A stretch of DNA of 51,231 bases from Verrucomicrobiota bacterium (GTDB taxonomy: Bacteria; Verrucomicrobiota; Verrucomicrobiia; Limisphaerales; JAYTXL01): contig JAYTXL010000302.1 in assembly GCA_043742955.1 (NCBI GenBank), positions 1 to 51,231 on the forward strand, read 5' to 3'. The notes beneath the pieces are model-generated. The model had not been told where the DNA came from. It saw only the letters and a list, made by a program, of their open reading frames with translations, and ran no database searches. Below, in pieces: positions 22,546 through 31,845 of the stretch. Positions within the stretch are counted from its first letter, which is position 1; the number at the start of each line of letters is the position of its first letter. The translations under genes were made by a program, and so were the position numbers.

Positions 22546-23658
22546 TCAACTCAACTTGCGCAGCTTGGTGATGCGGCCGGTGTGAACCCACTCGGCGACG
22601 AAGATGTTGCCCGCGGCATCAAAGCACGCGTCATGCGGGTGGAGGAATTTGCCAGAAACCCAGCCTTCGCCCTTTTCGTTGCCACGGAGTTTCATGCCGT
22701 CCTTGAGGACTTGCGCGCGCCACTCCGGATCTTCACCCAGGTGGGCGATGACCTGGTCGTCCTTGCCGAGCAGGGTGATCCGCGCACTGAGATCCGGCAC
22801 GAGCAGGATGTCTTTGTGCGCATCAATGTTCGCGGGCAGGATGAAGCCATCGAGGGTCTTGAGATGTTTGCCGTCGAGCGTGAACCATTGCAGGCGCTTG
22901 TTCGCGCGGTCGGCCACGACCAGCGATGGCTCGCGCCCGGGACGCGTATCAAGCCAGATGCCGTGCGGCGTGTTGAACTGGCCCGGGCCAGTGCCGGGTT
23001 CGCCGAACATGGATTTCCAGTTTCCGTCTTTGTCGTAACGATGGATGCGAAATGATCCGTAACCATCGGCCACATAAAAACCACCGTCCGGCAGGAACGC
23101 GTAGTTGGTGGGCATGAAGGCGTCCCGGCCCCACCGCTTCGCTGGCTTGGTGTCCTCGTCCTTGGGGTAGAGCAGCGATTCCATCGGCGCGCGTTTTTCC
23201 CAGACCAGTTCTCCCTTGAGCGTGAGCTTGGCAAAGTTCTTCAACTGCTGGTAGCCGGTGACATAGAGGAATTGATTCTTGCCCTCGGTGCGCACTTCGA
23301 GACCGTGGCCGCCGCCTTGGAACTGATTGCCAAATGCGCGGATGAATTTGCCCTTGGGATCAAATACAAAAATCGACGGATGATCTTTCAAGTTCTCGCG
23401 GCCCTCGTGAATCACATACAGCAAACCGTCGCGGTCCACGGCCACGTTATGGGTGGTCTGCCAGGAATACTGGGCTGGCAACTGCGCCCAATTGTGGAGC
23501 ACCTCGTAGCGGTGATTGCCTGTCCCAACCACAAGTTGTGCGTCGGACTTTTGGGCGGTGAGGACGCGCGGCGCGGCGAGGGCGAGGGCGGTGGTGGACA
23601 GAAAATGGCGGCGGGAGAGTTTGCCGAGGGATGCAGGCTTCATAGGTGTGATGGGCAC
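22546..23658 (-). CDS. Tat-exported NHL-repeat beta-propeller protein
   Basis: SRRHFL Tat motif; repeats YVADGYG, FNTPHGI, VADRAN, FLHPHD, IFVAEW. Confidence 0.8.
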   Translation of the reverse strand: MPITPMKPASLGKLSRRHFLSTTALALAAPRVLTAQKSDAQLVVGTGNHRYEVLHNWAQLPAQYSWQTTHNVAVDRDGLLYVIHEGRENLKDHPSIFVFDPKGKFIRAFGNQFQGGGHGLEVRTEGKNQFLYVTGYQQLKNFAKLTLKGELVWEKRAPMESLLYPKDEDTKPAKRWGRDAFMPTNYAFLPDGGFYVADGYGSFRIHRYDKDGNWKSMFGEPGTGPGQFNTPHGIWLDTRPGREPSLVVADRANKRLQWFTLDGKHLKTLDGFILPANIDAHKDILLVPDLSARITLLGKDDQVIAHLGEDPEWRAQVLKDGMKLRGNEKGEGWVSGKFLHPHDACFDAAGNIFVAEWVHTGRITKLRKLS

Positions 23659-23787
23659 AAATATCAGTGTTGAGTTCGGAGCAACATTAATTCACCGATC
23701 CATTCGCGCAATCCTGAATTTCACAACTCGTTTCATTGGGTCGCAACTCAGTTTTTTACCGGTGCCTTCCCCGGCCAACCTGAAAGG

Positions 23788-23999
23788 TTGCCAGCCATTA
23801 GCCGGGGGTGGAGCGCAGCGTTACCCCCGGATCAGAGTTCCGAGGAATTGCACCCTGAAAGCGGTACCAGCAGTGTGTGAAACAGGGGGTGTCGCTCGGT
23901 TGCGGCGGCCTCTGTCACCCCTCCAGGGTGCAGGAAGAAGGCGTGCTTACCGGGGATGTCGCTCGTGAACTCGCTTGATCCCAGGCTAATGGCTGGCAA
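23788..23999. repeat. Nested palindromic REP/MITE-like element (~210 bp)
   Basis: Perfect 16-bp inverted repeat TTGCCAGCCATTAGCC (23788-23803) / GGCTAATGGCTGGCAA (23984-23999); inner pair TGCACCCTG (23849) / CAGGGTGCA (23924). Confidence 0.8.
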
Positions 24000-24135
24000 G
24001 CCTCCAGCTTGTCCGAACCTGGATCGGCCCGGCAGGAATCAGGCATGGGCCCTTTCGACAGGATATATTTGGGCGCTGCCACCCATTGGTAACGCCAGGC
24101 TCTAAGCCGGAACCATGCAGACGAAACCGAAGCGA

Positions 24136-24270
24136 AACCGCAGATGGACGCAGATGGACGCAGATGGAAGAGCGGAAAGTGGTGCCCGTAAATATTCACC
24201 GAAGGGTGACGCAATTCCGGCTGCTCGATCGGCTGTTTTCATCTGCGTTTATCTGCGTCCATCTGCGGTT
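24136..24270. repeat. Inverted repeat built from 10-bp tandem units
   Basis: AACCGCAGATGGACGCAGATGGACGCAGATG (24136-24166) pairs with CATCTGCGTTTATCTGCGTCCATCTGCGGTT (24240-24270). Confidence 0.85.
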
Positions 24271-24592
24271 GTCTTCCTTCCCAACTGCATCGTTCCGGCT
24301 AATTGCCGGCCGCGCGGAATCGACGATTGTAATTGAGGCGACTCCCGGACGTTCCGCGCTTTTTGCTGCCACCCGCGCTGTTTTCGCCGGGCTGGAAGCC
24401 CAGCTCTACGGCCGGCAAGGATGCCTGCCGCTATGGGGGGGGGGCGAGCGCCCGGATCGCCTGTCCGTCGAATGGTTTTGTTGCTGCTTGACGGAAAAAA
24501 CCGCCAAATGCAGAGTCATTTCCATGACCTTGGAAAAACCAAACGGCGCACACAATTGCCGTTCCTGGGAACGAATGTTGATCCGCTAACCC

Positions 24593-26017
24593 ATGGCTTC
24601 CCCTCTGTTTCCAACTCCGCGCAGCCGCCGAAGCTTTATCGTGGCCTCGACGGTGGGGATGGCCGGCTTGAGTTTTGGACGGCCGTCGCTGGGGGCGGCT
24701 GTCACCTCCCAGCGCCGCCGCCCAGCCAAGTCCACCATCCTTTTCTTTCTTTGCGGGGGCGCGTCGCACATCGACATGTGGGATATGAAACCGGAGGCTC
24801 CGCTCGAATACCGCGGCGAGTTCCGTCCGATCCGCACGTCGGCCCCGGAGATTCAGATCTGTGAGCATTTACCGCTGCTGGCGAAGCAGGCGCATCATTT
24901 CTCGCTGGTCCACGGAGTCACGGACTATGGCCGCGCCACCGGTGACCATCACGCAGGCTATTACTATAATCTTACGGGGCACGCGCCCGACGAAACCTTT
25001 CGTCAGCAGGGCAACGACCGGCGGCCGCTCCCGACGGACTGGCCGCACATGGGTTGCGTGGTGGGTGCGCGCCGCCCGCCGCACGAGAAAATGCCGCAAG
25101 TCATCACGCTGCCGTTCAAGCCGAGCAAAGCGCCCTACACGCGACCAGGTCAGTTTGCCGGACGCATCGGGATGGAGTATGATCCGTTTTTCATCACTGG
25201 AAATCGGGAGAACCCGCTCAACTTCAGCGCCCCGACACTAACTCTCAACGCGGGCATGACCACCGCGCGGATCAAAGACCGGCGCGCCCTGCTCGAAGCC
25301 ATCAACACCGCCCGTCGCGAGCTTGACCATGAGGCAATGGTGAAAAATTACGTCCGCCAGCAGGAGAAAGCCTTCGCGCTCCTCTCGTCGAGCGCGACCG
25401 CGGGAGCCTTCGACATCGCTGCGGAAAAGCCCGCCACGATCGAACGCTATGGGGCCACCGTCAACGGTGCGAGCCTGCTCATGGCGCGTCGCCTGGTGGA
25501 GGCGGGGGTGCCGTTTATCACCGTTTTCTGGGCCGAGGACGATGAAGTCGTTGCCAAAAAATGCCTTAGCGGCGGTGGCTGGGATACTCATGGGAACAAT
25601 TTCAGTTGCCTCAAGGAAAATCTGTTGCCCGAATTCGACCGGGGTTTTTCTGCCTTGCTGGAGGATCTTGCGCAGCGCGGCCTGTTGTCGGACACGCTGG
25701 TGATGGTGACGAGTGAGATGGGCCGCAAACCCAAGGTCGGTGATATTCGCTCCGGCGGGACGACGGGCGCGGGGCGCGACCACTGGACTGCCTGCATGAG
25801 TGTACTGCTGGCCGGGGGCGGAATCCAAGGGGGTCAGACCCATGGCCAGACCGATGCCCATGCGGAATATCCGATGGAGAATCCGGTCGGGCCGGAGGAT
25901 ATCACCCGGACGGTGTATCACGCGATGGGGATTGAGAATCTGGAGGCCATGGATTTGCAAGGGCGTCCGTACAACCTGCTCGAAGAGGGCCGGCCGTTGG
26001 TCAAACTTTTCAGTTAA
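24593..26017 (+). CDS. DUF1501 domain protein
   Basis: SRRSF Tat-like motif, GGASHIDMWDMKP, LMARRLVEAGVPF, WDTH, EMGRKP, GRDHW, LAGGGI. Confidence 0.92.
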   Translation: MASPLFPTPRSRRSFIVASTVGMAGLSFGRPSLGAAVTSQRRRPAKSTILFFLCGGASHIDMWDMKPEAPLEYRGEFRPIRTSAPEIQICEHLPLLAKQAHHFSLVHGVTDYGRATGDHHAGYYYNLTGHAPDETFRQQGNDRRPLPTDWPHMGCVVGARRPPHEKMPQVITLPFKPSKAPYTRPGQFAGRIGMEYDPFFITGNRENPLNFSAPTLTLNAGMTTARIKDRRALLEAINTARRELDHEAMVKNYVRQQEKAFALLSSSATAGAFDIAAEKPATIERYGATVNGASLLMARRLVEAGVPFITVFWAEDDEVVAKKCLSGGGWDTHGNNFSCLKENLLPEFDRGFSALLEDLAQRGLLSDTLVMVTSEMGRKPKVGDIRSGGTTGAGRDHWTACMSVLLAGGGIQGGQTHGQTDAHAEYPMENPVGPEDITRTVYHAMGIENLEAMDLQGRPYNLLEEGRPLVKLFS

Positions 26018-26156
26018 ACCCGCCGCCGCCGGACAATCGCGAATACCCATCCATTCAGCCCGGGCGATCGGGGAGGGGACGGGGGAAACGGGAAGCGTGG
26101 TAATACGTTTTGTCGGGCAGCTTGAATTTTTGGCCCACATCGCCAATGCTTTCCCC

Positions 26157-27989
26157 GTGCCCGCTACCGTTAATACCGAACACACGTTCGAGCTGCCGTT
26201 TCCAGGCACGGACGTGTGGCCCATTCTGAGCAAAACCGACTGGCTGAACCGTTCACTTGGTCTGCCGCCCGTGACCTATGAAATTAAACCGTTGCCGGAG
26301 GGCGGCACGGAGGTCCGCGCGCGGGCACGACTGCTCGGTCAGGAAATGCGCTGGCAGGAAATGCCTTTTGAATGGGTGGAGGGCGAATTTTACCGCGTGC
26401 ACCGCATCTTTGAGCAGGGGCCGCTGCGGGAGGCCCGGCTCGGTGTGGATTTTTTGCCGGCGGAGCAGGGGAGGTCACGCGTCCGCGCGTATTCGCAACT
26501 GACCCCGCGTAATTGGCTGGGAACCTGGCTCGCTCGCGGCATCCTTGGTCCCAAGGGAGTGCAGGACATGGCCCTCATCATCACGCATGTCGTGGAACAT
26601 TTGCGCGGACAGCAGGCGATCGTGTTGCCCAAGCTCCCGCGGCATTCCGTGACGGAAACCGCCTTTGGCGTCGGGTTTGACAAACTGCGGGCGAGCGGTC
26701 AGCCGGAGGATCTTGTGGGCCGGCTCGCCGGGCTGTTGCGGGATTCGGCGGACGTCGAAATCTGTCGTCTGCGGCCCTTCGCCGTGGCGCGGCAGTGGCG
26801 GCAGGATCGCTGGCAGGTGTTGCGCCTGTTTTTGCATGCCACGCGGTGCGGTCTGCTCGATCTGAGCTGGGAGGTGCTGTGCCCGAATTGCCGTTCCACC
26901 CGCGCTCCGCTGACAACCTCCCTCGCGCAGGTGGGCCGCAATCAGATGCATTGCGAGGCGTGCCAGATCAAATTCGATGCGCAGTTCGACCAATCGGTGG
27001 AGTTGAAGTTCGCCGTGCATCACGCGGTGCGGGCCTGTGACGCGCAAACATTTTGTCTGGCCGGACCGGGCGCGAAACCGCATATCGTGAGCCAGCTGTT
27101 CCTGCAACCCGGGGAGCAACGCCGGTGGAAACTGCCGGCCTTGAATGGCCCGCATCGGCTGTGGTCTCCCCAGGTCCAACAGCCGAAAGCGCTGCTCTTT
27201 TCGGAGTTGCTCAAAGCGGAGGTGTTCCAGGCGGAATTGATTTGTGGGCGCGGGCACTTTGACGGGGTGGCCGCGGGGGAAGGCCGGCGGAATGCAACGG
27301 TCACGGTGCGCAATCCCAATGCGTTTCCGGTGCAGGTGACCCTCGAGCGCGCCGAATGGAATCCGGACATTTTGACGGCGGCCCAGGTGACCAACTGGCA
27401 GGAGTTTCGCGATTTGTTTGCGCGCGAGGTGATTTCGCCCGACGAGCAGATCACGGTCGGGAACCAGGTGGTGCTGTTCACCGATCTGCGCGGCTCGACG
27501 GCGATGTACAACGGCCTTGGCGACGCGCCGGCCTACGCGTTGGTGCGTGATCATTTCCGAATTCTCGGCGCGGCCATCAGCCAGCATCACGGGGCGGTGG
27601 TTAAAACCATTGGCGATGCCGTCATGGCGGTGTTCACCCAGGTGGACGACGCCTTGCGGGCGGTGGAGTTGATGCACCAACAATTCGCGCTGGCGAAGCT
27701 CGGACCGCTCCACGGCGCGCCGCTGGTGCTAAAATCTGGCCTGCATCTGGGTCCGTGCCTGGCCGTCAATGCGAACGAGAAACTCGATTACTTCGGCACC
27801 ACCATCAACTTCGCCGCGCGGCTCGTGGACCAAAGCCAGGGCGGGGATATCCTGCTGTCCCGCGAATTGTATCAGCGACCGGAAACCGCCCGGTTTCTGA
27901 CGGAGCGCGGGCGGGCGGCTGAGGGGTTGACCGTTTCCTTCCGGGGGTTTGACCGCCCCCAGCAGGTGTGGCGGGTGACTCTAGGGTGA
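26157..27989 (+). CDS. Class III adenylate/guanylate cyclase with SRPBCC-like and Cys4 (DUF5939-like) N-terminal regions
   Basis: LFTDLRGST, VKTIGDAVMA, DYFGTTINFAAR; CPNC...CEAC; start placed at GTG 26157 (inferred). Confidence 0.85.
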   Translation: MPATVNTEHTFELPFPGTDVWPILSKTDWLNRSLGLPPVTYEIKPLPEGGTEVRARARLLGQEMRWQEMPFEWVEGEFYRVHRIFEQGPLREARLGVDFLPAEQGRSRVRAYSQLTPRNWLGTWLARGILGPKGVQDMALIITHVVEHLRGQQAIVLPKLPRHSVTETAFGVGFDKLRASGQPEDLVGRLAGLLRDSADVEICRLRPFAVARQWRQDRWQVLRLFLHATRCGLLDLSWEVLCPNCRSTRAPLTTSLAQVGRNQMHCEACQIKFDAQFDQSVELKFAVHHAVRACDAQTFCLAGPGAKPHIVSQLFLQPGEQRRWKLPALNGPHRLWSPQVQQPKALLFSELLKAEVFQAELICGRGHFDGVAAGEGRRNATVTVRNPNAFPVQVTLERAEWNPDILTAAQVTNWQEFRDLFAREVISPDEQITVGNQVVLFTDLRGSTAMYNGLGDAPAYALVRDHFRILGAAISQHHGAVVKTIGDAVMAVFTQVDDALRAVELMHQQFALAKLGPLHGAPLVLKSGLHLGPCLAVNANEKLDYFGTTINFAARLVDQSQGGDILLSRELYQRPETARFLTERGRAAEGLTVSFRGFDRPQQVWRVTLG

Positions 27990-28032
27990 GAATTTCCCGA
28001 GGCGATGCGCGCGTTGAATCCCTTGAACTGGC

Positions 28033-28066
28033 ACAACCTTTTGTTGCATATGCAACAAAAGGTTGT
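28033..28066. repeat. Perfect 34-bp palindrome between convergent genes
   Basis: ACAACCTTTTGTTGCATATGCAACAAAAGGTTGT equals its own reverse complement. Confidence 0.9.
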
Positions 28067-28101
28067 ATTCGCCAATTGCATCCGGTGCCTGGAGCGGAGG
28101 A

Positions 28102-28290
28102 TCACTTTTTGGAACGGCTGGCATCCGGCCCGGCGCTTCCGTCGGCGCGTTTGTGTTTTAGCACGGCCTGGCGGAGCAAATATTCAACCTGCCCGTTGAC
28201 ACTGCGCAACTCGTCCGCGGCCCAGTTTTCCAACTCCGCCCACAGCCGGTGGTCGATCCGCAGCAGAAACGCTTTTCGTTCTTCCCCCAT
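28102..28290 (-). CDS. Arc-like ribbon-helix-helix DNA-binding protein
   Basis: RKAFLLRID..LW..LE.WAADELRSVNGQVEYLL; starts 4 bp after the SPFH stop. Confidence 0.85.
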   Translation of the reverse strand: MGEERKAFLLRIDHRLWAELENWAADELRSVNGQVEYLLRQAVLKHKRADGSAGPDASRSKK

Positions 28291-28294
28291 GCAC

Positions 28295-29230
28295 TTAGTT
28301 GTATAGCGTGCCGGTGTTGAGCACCGGCTGCGCCTCGGATTCGCCGCACAAGACCACCAGGAGATTGCTTACCATCGCGGCCTTGCGCTCGTCGTCGAGG
28401 GTGACCACGTTTTTCTCGGCGAGTTCGCGCAGGGCCATGTCCACCATGCTGACCGCGCCGTGCACGATCATCTTGCGGGCCGCGATCACCGCCTCGGCCT
28501 GCTGGCGGCGGAGCATGGCCTGGGCGATCTCGGGCGCGTAGGCCAGGTGGGTGATGCGCGCCTCTTCCACCTCCACCCCCGCTTTGGCGAGTCGCTCCTG
28601 CAGTTCTTTGCGGAGGGCGGCGGAGACTTCGTCCATGCCGCTGCGGAGTGTGATTTCGTTCTCCTCGCCGTGGTCGTACGCGTAGGAATTGGCGAGGTGG
28701 CGCACGGCGGATTCGCTTTGCACCTTCACGAAATTCTCAAAGCTGTCCACGTCGAAGGTCGCCTGGGCCGTCTCGTGCACGCGCCAGACCACCACGGCGG
28801 CGATCTCGATCGGGTTGCCGCGCTTGTCATTGACCTTAAGCCGCTCGCCTTCGAGGTTGCGCAGCCGCAGCGAGACGGGGAGTTTTTTCATGAACGGATT
28901 GGTCCAGTGAAACCCGTCCTGCTTGACCGTGCCACGGTAGTCGCCGAACAGCGTCAACACGCGCGCCTGGTTGGGTTGCAGGGTGAAGAAGCCGGAGAAA
29001 AAGATGATCGCCGTGAGCGCGGTCAGCAGCCCGGCAAACAACAACACGAAGCCGAGCGCCGGGGCCGGACCGGATTGGCGGGCGTGGGCGTTGGCCAGGG
29101 TGACCACCCCGCTGATAAACGAAGTGACACCGGCCAGCAGCATTCCGATGGTCGTGGGCAGCATGGTCCAGCCGCTGCGGGGAGTGGCGGCAAATTCCGC
29201 GTGGGATTGGTTCAGGGTGAGAGTGCTCAT
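28295..29230 (-). CDS. SPFH/band 7 domain membrane protein
   Basis: Two N-terminal TMs, KVNDKRGNPIEIAAVVVW, LAYAPEIAQAMLRRQQA. Confidence 0.93.
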   Translation of the reverse strand: MSTLTLNQSHAEFAATPRSGWTMLPTTIGMLLAGVTSFISGVVTLANAHARQSGPAPALGFVLLFAGLLTALTAIIFFSGFFTLQPNQARVLTLFGDYRGTVKQDGFHWTNPFMKKLPVSLRLRNLEGERLKVNDKRGNPIEIAAVVVWRVHETAQATFDVDSFENFVKVQSESAVRHLANSYAYDHGEENEITLRSGMDEVSAALRKELQERLAKAGVEVEEARITHLAYAPEIAQAMLRRQQAEAVIAARKMIVHGAVSMVDMALRELAEKNVVTLDDERKAAMVSNLLVVLCGESEAQPVLNTGTLYN

Positions 29231-29278
29231 AGAATTCCTACCGGTGAGAAGGGTTGCAGGGCGGTTGTGGGTTGACTA

Positions 29279-29316
29279 TCATTGTGATATCATAATGAAA
29301 TCGTCCATCATGTCAA
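29279..29316 (-). promoter_or_regulatory. Sigma-70 promoter of the SPFH-RHH operon with overlapping palindromic operator
   Basis: Minus strand TTGACA (29316-29311)-N16-TATGAT (29294-29289); near-perfect 20-bp palindrome TCATTGTGATATCATAATGA at 29279-29298. Confidence 0.75.
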
Positions 29317-29456
29317 CTGGCCATTGTGGTTGCTGAGGGGGCGGCCGGGCGGGCGTCGAAATTCCAGTGGTTTTTTTTATTTGCGGCGGGGCGCGGCCAT
29401 GATTACCGTCGGCGCGTCGATTTTGAATGACCATTGGAATTTGACTACCACAGAAT

Positions 29457-31661
29457 ATGAGCAATGCCCCGCTTTCCGCCAGTGAACTGACCCAACTCAT
29501 CGCCGGCTTAAACCGGCTGGCCCGCAATTTATGGTGGACCTGGAATCAGGAGCCGCAGGAAATATTTCACGAGCTGTCCCCGCGCAGCTGGCAGAATATG
29601 TACCACAACGCCGTGGCGATTCTGCATGAGGTTTCGGATTATGAACTGCGGGTTCGCCTGCAGGACGCGGAGTTTGCGGCGCGCGTGCGCGAGGTCCTGC
29701 GAAATTTCGAGGCTTATTTGAAGGAGCCGAATACCTGGGGGCGGCAAAATGCGCCGGCCCTGTTCGCCAATCCGGTGGCCTATTTCACCGCCGAGTTTGG
29801 CTTTCACGAAACATTGCCGATCGCGGCGGGCGGACTCGGGATCCTCGCCGGCGACCATGCCAAATCCGCCAGCGACCTCGGCCTCGGCTTTGTGGGAATC
29901 AGCCTGTTCTACCGCGAAGGTTATTTCCAGCAGGCTTTCAACCAGGAGAACTGGCAGACGGAATATTACACCCTGTTGAATCCGCGTAATTTGCCGGTCG
30001 AACAGGTGTTGGATGCCCATGGTGAACCGCTGGTCTGCTCCGTCCGAATCGCGATGAGCCAGGTTTATTTTCAGGCCTGGCGCGTGACGGTGGGGCGCAA
30101 TCCGGTTTACCTGCTCGACTCCAACCGCCCGGAAAACGAACAGCACCACCGCGACCTCACGCTCCGCGTCTATGGCGGCGACAACTCCACGCGCATCATG
30201 CAGGAGATTCTCCTCGGGGTCGGCGGGGTGCGGTTGTTGCGCACGCTCGGGGTGCAGCCGTCGGTTTTCCATATGAACGAAGGTCATGCGGCGTTCCTGA
30301 CCCTGGAGCTGATGCGGGAGAAAATGGCCGAGGGAAAGAACTTTGACCAGGCCCTGGCGGGGACGAAGACGGAATGTATTTTCACGACCCACACTCCCGT
30401 GGAAGCGGGGCACGACCGCTTTAGCAGCGATCTGGTGAACTATGCGGCCAACAAATTTGCGGTCCAACTCAAGCTTTCCCACGAGGAGTTGATGGCGCTG
30501 GGCCGGGTGGATCCGGCGAATGAAAGCGAGCCGTTCTGCATGACGGTGCTGGCGCTGAAGGCCTCGCGGGCCGCCAATGGCGTCAGCGAATTGCACGGGC
30601 AGGTGAGCCGGGAAATGTGGCATTGCCTCCACCCCAGCAAGACGGTGGCGGAGGTTCCCATTGGTCACGTTACCAACGGGGTGCATCTGCTCGGCTGGAT
30701 GAAGGGGCCGGTGCGGCGGTTCTGGCGGCGCAAACTCAGCGCGTCCACGCCGGTGGCGGACGCGTCGGCGCCCGCCGGGGAGAGCACCGATTTTTGGCGC
30801 CGAAAACCCGCCACGTCGTGGGAGTCGGAGGCGAACTCGGTCGAATTCTGGCAACGGATCGGCGATCCAAATTTTATCAGTGACGAGGAATTGTGGGCGC
30901 TCCGGTATAAGCTGCGCCGGGAGCTGATCGAATTTTGCCGCCGCCGGCTGTTGATCCAGGGACAGCGGCTCACGCAGGGCGATTATATTGTCTTCGATTC
31001 CCTGCTGAACCCCGACGCGCTGACCATCGGGTTCGCCCGCCGGTTCGCCACCTACAAGCGCGCGCCGCTGATCTTCCAGCATTTTGACAACATTGTGAAG
31101 CTGTGCCAGGACAAGCAGCGGCCGGTGCAGTTTGTTTTTGCCGGCAAGGCGCACCCGCGCGATGACGAAGGCAAACGTTTCATCCAGCATATCATTCACC
31201 TGAGCAAGTTCAGCGACCTGAAGGGGCACCTGGTTTTTATCGAGAATTACGACGTGCACGTCGCCCGTCAGATGGTCAGCGGCTGCGATGTCTGGCTCAA
31301 TAATCCCCGTCGTCCGTTGGAGGCCAGCGGCACCAGCGGAATGAAAGCGGGTTGCCATGGCTGTTTGAATCTCTCCATTCTCGACGGCTGGTGGCGGGAA
31401 GGCTATGACGGCACCAACGGCTTCGCCATCGGGGATGATTCCCACCCGTTAAACATTGAGGAACAGGATCGGCGGGACAGTGAGAACCTGTATCAGGCCC
31501 TGACGGAAGAAGTTATTCCGTGCTACTTTAACCGCGATGCGAATGGGATCCCCCGCCAGTGGATCCAGAAGATGCGGCGGGCCATGGTTACGCTGGTGCC
31601 GCAGTTCAACACCTGGCGCATGGTGCAGGAATACACGAAGAAATATTATCTGACGCGGTGA
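29457..31661 (+). CDS. glgP: Alpha-glucan phosphorylase
   Basis: NLWWTW, GGLGILAGDH, HMNEGH, FARRFATYKR, EASGTSGMK (PLP Lys), LDGWW. Confidence 0.95.
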   Translation: MSNAPLSASELTQLIAGLNRLARNLWWTWNQEPQEIFHELSPRSWQNMYHNAVAILHEVSDYELRVRLQDAEFAARVREVLRNFEAYLKEPNTWGRQNAPALFANPVAYFTAEFGFHETLPIAAGGLGILAGDHAKSASDLGLGFVGISLFYREGYFQQAFNQENWQTEYYTLLNPRNLPVEQVLDAHGEPLVCSVRIAMSQVYFQAWRVTVGRNPVYLLDSNRPENEQHHRDLTLRVYGGDNSTRIMQEILLGVGGVRLLRTLGVQPSVFHMNEGHAAFLTLELMREKMAEGKNFDQALAGTKTECIFTTHTPVEAGHDRFSSDLVNYAANKFAVQLKLSHEELMALGRVDPANESEPFCMTVLALKASRAANGVSELHGQVSREMWHCLHPSKTVAEVPIGHVTNGVHLLGWMKGPVRRFWRRKLSASTPVADASAPAGESTDFWRRKPATSWESEANSVEFWQRIGDPNFISDEELWALRYKLRRELIEFCRRRLLIQGQRLTQGDYIVFDSLLNPDALTIGFARRFATYKRAPLIFQHFDNIVKLCQDKQRPVQFVFAGKAHPRDDEGKRFIQHIIHLSKFSDLKGHLVFIENYDVHVARQMVSGCDVWLNNPRRPLEASGTSGMKAGCHGCLNLSILDGWWREGYDGTNGFAIGDDSHPLNIEEQDRRDSENLYQALTEEVIPCYFNRDANGIPRQWIQKMRRAMVTLVPQFNTWRMVQEYTKKYYLTR

Positions 31662-31689
31662 CGGCGGTTCGTTTTCAGCCGGCCACATA

Positions 31690-31757
31690 GCCGCGACCAT
31701 CCGGTGGCGGTGGCGTTTTCGGGCCCCGCCTCCCGGACGCCGCCGGAAGGCTGTGGC
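31690..31757. repeat. Degenerate REP-like inverted repeat downstream of glgP
   Basis: GCCGCGACCATCCGGTGGCG ... CGCCGCCGGAAGGCTGTGGC imperfect inverted pair. Confidence 0.45.
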
Positions 31758-31845
31758 GGCCGCGCCATCGGGGGAGGGGGAGGGTTTGAATTCAGCCTGG
31801 TGCGATAGGCTTGGCTTTTGCTTCAGCGGGGATTAGCGTGCGGGG

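Noticed and set aside
24136-24270. Tandem 10-mers as a CRISPR array
   Set aside because: No unique spacers, units too short, arms inverted, and no cas genes in the window
24435-24444. G10 tract (another at 35944-35953) as a phase-variation switch
   Set aside because: Intergenic and not demonstrably within a promoter spacer; no evidence of length variation from one sequence
25800-26156. N-terminal extension of the cyclase ORF
   Set aside because: Overlaps the DUF1501 gene and looks non-coding; start moved to GTG 26157
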